Below the pieces are notes generated by a model. It searched no databases, was not told the DNA's origin, and worked only from the letters and a program-made list of their open reading frames with translations. A DNA stretch of 64,000 bases from the human T2T-CHM13v2.0 reference genome, Homo sapiens. Every line of letters begins with the position of its first letter. Positions within the stretch are counted from its first letter, which is position 1. Where the stretch lies: the NCBI RefSeq assembly GCF_009914755.1, contig NC_060938.1. One strand, given 5' to 3'. Below, one piece after another: positions 58,417-64,000 of the stretch. Both the position numbers and the translations under genes were made by a program.

Positions 58417-60774
58417 TGATACAGTTTGGCTCTGTGTTCCCACTCAAATCTCATGCCAAATTGTAATCCCTACATGTTGAAGGAAGGGCCTAATATAAAG
58501 TGATTGGGTAATGGGGTGGCCTTCCTCTTTGCTGTTCTCCTGATAAAGTTCTCAAGAGATCTGATGGTTTAAAAGTGTGGCACCTCCCGTCTCCCTTGCT
58601 GTCTCTCTCCTGCCATCTTGCAAAGAAGATTTTTGAATCCCCTTCACCTTCGGCCATCATTGTGTGTCCTGATGCCTCCCAGTAATGCTTCCTGTTTAGC
58701 CTGAAGAACTGTGAGTCTACTAAACTCTTTTCTTCATAAATTACCCAGTCTCAGGTAGTTCTTTACAGCAGTGTGAGAATCAACTAATACAGAAAATTTG
58801 CACTAGGAGTGGGCACTGCTATTAAGATACCTAAAACTGTGGAAGTGACTTTGTAACTGGGTAATGGACAGAGGCTGGTAAAGCTTGGAGGGCTCACAAG
58901 AAGACAGGAAGCTGTGGAAAAGTTTGAAACTTTCTAGAGGCTTACTGAATGGTTTTGAACAAAATGCAGATAGTGATATGGACAATAAAGTCCAGGCTGA
59001 GGTGGTCTCAGATGCTAAGATGAAGAACTTCTTGTGAACTGGAGTAAAGCTCACACTTGCTATGCTTTAGCAAAAGGACTAGTGGCATTTTGCCCCTGCC
59101 CTAGAGATCTGTGCAATGTTGAACTAGGGAGAGATGACTTAAGGTATCTAGCAGAAAAAATTTCTAAGTAGCAAAGCATTCAATGTTTGCCCTGGCTGTT
59201 TCTGAAAATGTAAGTCATATGCATTCATTAAGAGATGGTCTGAAATTTGAACTTATGTTTAAAAGGGAAGCAGATCATAAAAGGTTGAAAAAAATTGCAG
59301 CCTGACCATGTGGTAGACAAGAAGAATCCATTTCCTGGGAAGAAATTCAAGCGGGCTGCAGAAATTTGCATAAGTAATGAGGAACCCGATGGGAAAAACA
59401 TCTTGAGAGCATTTCAGAGATCTTTGCTGCGGTCCCTCCCGTCACAGGCCCAGAAGCCCAGTAGAGAAAAATGGTTTCATGGTCCGGGCCCAGGACCCGA
59501 CTGCTCTGTGCAGCCTTGGGACATCCCTGTCCCTCTCCTGCCAGCCATGGCTAAAGGGGCCAAGGTCCAGCTCAGGCCATTGCTTCAGAGGGTGCAAGCC
59601 CTAAGCTTTGGTTGCTTCCACGTGGTGTTGAGTCTGCGGGTGCACATAAGGCAAGAGTTGAGGTTTGGGAGCTTCCTCTTAGATTTCAGATGACGTATGA
59701 AAATGTCTGGGTATTCAGGCAGAAGTCTTATGCAGGGCTGAGCCCTAATGGAGTACCTCTACTAGGCCAGTGTGGAAGGAAAATGTGGTGTTGGATCTCC
59801 CACACAGAGTACCCACTGGGCACTAGGCACTAGATGCCTAGTGGATCTGTGAGAAGAGGGGCACCTTCCTCCAGACCCCGGAATGGTAGATCCACCAACA
59901 GCTTGCATGGTGTGCCTGTAAAGCCATAGAAACTCAATGCCAGCTTATCAAAGCAGTCATGGGGACTGTACCACGTTGAGCCACAGGGTGGAGCTTCCTA
60001 AGGCCTTGGGAGCCCAACCCTTGTATCAGTGTGTCCTGGATGTGAGACTTGGGGTAAAAGGAAATTATGCTGTAGCTTTAACATTTAATGGCTGCCCTAC
60101 TGGTGTTTGGACTTGCATGGGGCCTGTAGCCCCTTTTCTGTGGCCAATGACACCCATTTGGAATGGGAGCATTTACCCAGTACATGCATCTCCATTGTGT
60201 CTTGGAAATAACTAACTTCTTTTTAATTTTACAGGTTTATAGGGGGAAGAAATTTACCTTGTCTCAGAGGTGACTTTAGACTATAGATTTTTGTGATAAT
60301 GCTGAAATGAGTTAAGCCTGGAAGACTGTTGAGAAGGCATAATGATATTTTGCAATGTGAGAAGGACATGAGATTTCTGATAGACCATGGGTGGAATGAT
60401 ATGGTTTGGCTCTGTGTTTTCACCCACATCTCATGTCAAATTTTAATCCCCAAGTGTTGTAGCAGGTGTCTGATGGGGAGTGATTGGATCATGCGGGCGG
60501 TCTTCCCTTTTGCTGTTCTTGTGACAGAGTTCTCACAAGATCTCAAGGTTTAAAAGGGTGGTGCATCTCCCCTTGCTCTTTCTCTCTCTCCTGCCAGCAT
60601 GTGAAGCGGTCCTTGCTTCCCCTTCACTTTCTGTGATGACTGTAAGTTTCCTGATACCTCCTAGTAATACTTGCTGTTAAGCCTGCAGAACTGTGAGTCA
60701 ACTAAACCACTTTTCTCCATAAATTTCCCAGTCTCAGGTAGTTCCTTACATTAGGGTGAGAATGGACTAATACA
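58417..60774 (+). mobile_element. Full-length MST-type MaLR element (LTR 58417-58791, internal 58792-60396, LTR 60397-60774)
   Basis: Two homologous LTRs (TGATA..GTTTGGCTCTGTGT...CTAATACA) flank a MaLR internal region, with a perfect 5-bp TSD CAGGT (58412-58416 / 60775-60779). Confidence 0.92.
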
Positions 60775-61479
60775 CAGGTTGAAATAGTTCTGGAGATCAA
60801 ACCTACAGCAATGTGACTATACTAATGAATGTTGCATTATAAACATATCTTTTGCCAGACAAGTAGATATTAGGTGATTTCATCACACATACACAATAAA
60901 TTAAAGGCATAAAATGTTAACTCTCTGAGATGATAGGCATGCCAATTACCTTGATCATTATGAGCATTTCCCCAAGAATATCAATACATCAATTGGTGTA
61001 CCTTAAATACAGAAAATTTTATTTGTCAGTGATAGCTCCATAAAGCTGAAAAGGTATAATGCATACTTATATTTCAACATATTTTATCAATAAAAATATG
61101 TGAATATAAACAGAAGAACTTGTACAAAGATATGTATGACAGTTTTGTTTATGATATTTATATTGGAAACAAATTTAAATTCCATCAACAGGAAAATAGA
61201 TATACATATTGTCACTTATTCACTTAATGAACTGATTTATTTAATAATCTGTCATTTATTAATGCAATGGACTGATTCAGATATGAAATATCTATATGTG
61301 TATGAGTACATACATATTTATACATATGTTGACAAAACCTTGATAGATGCTATCACATGAATGAACCTCACAGATAGTAAAAGCTTCTTACAAAAATGAG
61401 CTATAATATTTTATTCCATGTATATGAAATTCAAAACAAGAAAATGGACCTATAGTGACAGAAATCAGAACATTTTTCT

Positions 61480-63126
61480 ATTTACATTTCTCTGATGATT
61501 AGTGATGTTAAACATTTTAAAAATATATTTGCTGGTCACTTGTATGTATTCCTTTGAGAAGTGTCTGTGTCATTTGCCCACGCATTAGTCCATTTTCAAA
61601 CTGCTAACAAAGACACACCCAAAACTGGGAACAAAAAGAGGTTTAATTGGAATTACAGTTCCACATGGCTGTGAAGGCCTCCAAAACACGGTGGCAGGTA
61701 AAAGGCACTCCTTACCTGGTGATGGCAAGAGAAAAAGAGGAAGAAGCAAAAGCGGAAACCCCTGATAAACCCATCAGATAAACCCCTGATAAGTCTCATT
61801 AGATCTGGTGAGACTTATTCACTACCAAGAGAATAGCACGGGAAAGACAGGCCCCCATGGTTCAATTACCTCCCCCTGGGTCCGTCTCACAACACATGGG
61901 AATTCTGGGAGATACAATTCAAGTTGATATTTGGGTGGGGACACAGCAAACCATATCAGCCCATTTTTAATGGGGTTATTATTATTATTATTTTTTGCTT
62001 CTTGATTTGTTTAATTTCCCTATAGATTCTGGATATTACGGCTTTGTTGGATGGAACGTTTGTGAATATCTTTCCACATTCTGTAGGTTGTCTGAGTACT
62101 GTGCTGTTAGTTTTGTTTGCTTCTTTGTTTGTTTTGCTGAGCAGGAGCTCCTCAGTTAATTAGGCCCCACTTGTCTATTTTTCTTTTTGTTGCAATTGGT
62201 TTTGGATACTCAGCCAACATTTTTTTGTCAAACCTGATGTCAAGAAGAGTATTTCCTAGGTTGTCTTCAAGGATTTTTATGGTTTGAGGTCTTACATTTA
62301 AAACTTTAATGAATTTTGTGTTAATTTTATACATGTTGAAAGTAGATATCCAGCTTCAATCTTCATCATATGCCTAGCCAGTTGTCCCAGCACCATTTAT
62401 TGAACAGGGAGTCCCTTCCTCATTGCTTGTTTTCATCAGCCTTATCAAAGATGAGATGACTGTAGGTGTGCAGCCACGCACCACTCAGAATGGTTATCAC
62501 TAAAAAGTCAAAAAACAATGGATGCTGCTGGGACTGTGGAGAAAAGAGAACACATACACTGATGAGGGGAATATAAATTGGTGTTTCCACTTTGGAAATC
62601 AGACTGGAGATTTCTCAAAGAACTTAAAACAGAGATATCATTTTACACAGCAATCCCACCACGGGGTATACACTGAAAAGTAAGCAAATAATTCTACCAA
62701 AAAGACACATCCACATCTATGTTCATTGCTGTGCTATTCACAGTGGCAACGACATAGATCAAACCAGATGCACATCATTGGTAGACTGAATATACAAAAT
62801 GCGGTACATCTACAATGTATAATACTACACAGCCATGAAAAAGAATGAAATCATGTCCTTTGCAGTAAAATGAAAGAAGCTGGGGCCCTTAATCCTAAAC
62901 AAATTAATGTAGGAGCAGAAAACTGAATACCACATATTCTCCTAAGTAAGACCTCAGCATTGAGCACACATGGACATAATTATGAGAATGATAGACACTG
63001 TGGACTGCTGGAGAGTGGAGGGAGAGGATGGTGGAATCTGTATTCCAAACCTCAGCATCACTCAATAATCCCCCGTGACAAATCCAAACATTTACCCTCT
63101 GTATCTATATTAAATTTGAAAAAAAA
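61480..63126. mobile_element. 5'-inverted L1P element (- at 61480-62475, + at 62478-63126) with a THE1 LTR inserted at 61581-61958
   Basis: The antisense arm starts at the reverse complement of catcactaatcatcagagaaatgtaaa. The sense arm starts at caccactcagaatgg, which is nearly adjacent in L1. The THE1 is flanked by TSD GCCCA (61576-61580 / 61959-61963). Confidence 0.78.
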
Positions 63127-64000
63127 TTCCTTATGTGAGAGCTGACTGGAAGCACCGAAGAGGACACTTGTTGTGGAGATGGACCTGCTCCTCATCATAA
63201 CTTAGATGCTGGAGACAAATGTGTGCACATTTGCCAGAAACCCTCAAACTGTACATTGAAAATATATGTATTTTGTATAGGTTAATTTTATCTCATAAAA
63301 ATCAAAAATTGACATTTGTAGGAAAATATTTTATATTGAAATTAAAATATTAATAAAATGTATATGAAAATTAAAATGCAAAATGTAAATGTGATTATTA
63401 TGATAATTATTAAAATGCATTCAGCTCTATCTACTAGAATAAAATCCCAGAAATAAGAAAGATAAAGGTGGCATCTTAAAATGAAAAATTAATAAATACA
63501 CATATCACGGGTAAGTAAAACATGGCTAAAAAATATGTGGAACATTTTATATTATTAGTTATAAAAGTTAATAAACTAGTGATATAATATTTTAACCTGA
63601 TTTATCAGGATAAATTTCTAATATTCTGTATAAAATCACAATTGGGGACAGCCGACAGGAAAATAACAATATTTGCAAGTTCATGTTCTAAATGTTAATA
63701 TAATCTCAATGTTGGCTCAGCTATTACACCTGAAATTTGTAATTATATCATTTATTTGTTTGAGTCTTTGGAAAAATTAATTTTAAGAGATGACTTAGCA
63801 GAATCATCTACAATATGGAGATAATAGCATCTCATCTACAAATAAATTGAGAATCCATAATACATGTATATCCTGATAAGAAACCCTGTTCCATGGAAAA
63901 GGGCTTATCCTATTTGGTTGTGATACGTTACTGTTAAAATTATCACCTTCACGATGATTTAGAAAATTAAAGCAAACCCTGATGAATTGAAGTGTGATGT

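Overview
Human (primate) immunoglobulin heavy-chain variable locus (IGH, 14q32.33), germline configuration, with all V segments on the minus strand. From left to right: IGHV(II)-44-2 relic, IGHV1-45, IGHV1-46, IGHV(II)-46-1 relic, IGHV3-47 pseudogene, IGHV(III)-47-1 pseudogene and IGHV3-48. Three genes look functional, each with an octamer promoter, a spliced leader, an open V exon and a 23-RSS. Gene and repeat-family names come from my recall of the sequences and gene order, not from a database search. Most of the rest is LINE-1, Alu and ERV/MaLR LTR sequence, often nested. Nearly all short ORFs in the track are spurious. This is a well-studied locus and I see no new protein-coding system. 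The most interesting signals are non-coding: (1) about 33 tandem 19/20-bp units carrying uniformly oriented CTCF-like motifs, directly behind the RSS of the dead IGHV(III)-47-1; (2) a 'ghost' clan-I V unit at ~29.9-31.0 kb that kept its promoter but lost its V gene; (3) two or three highly decayed V relics I cannot match to named genes; (4) IGHV3-47, whose V exon is open but which has lost its start codon and octamer; (5) paired filled and empty transposon sites that order the duplications in time.
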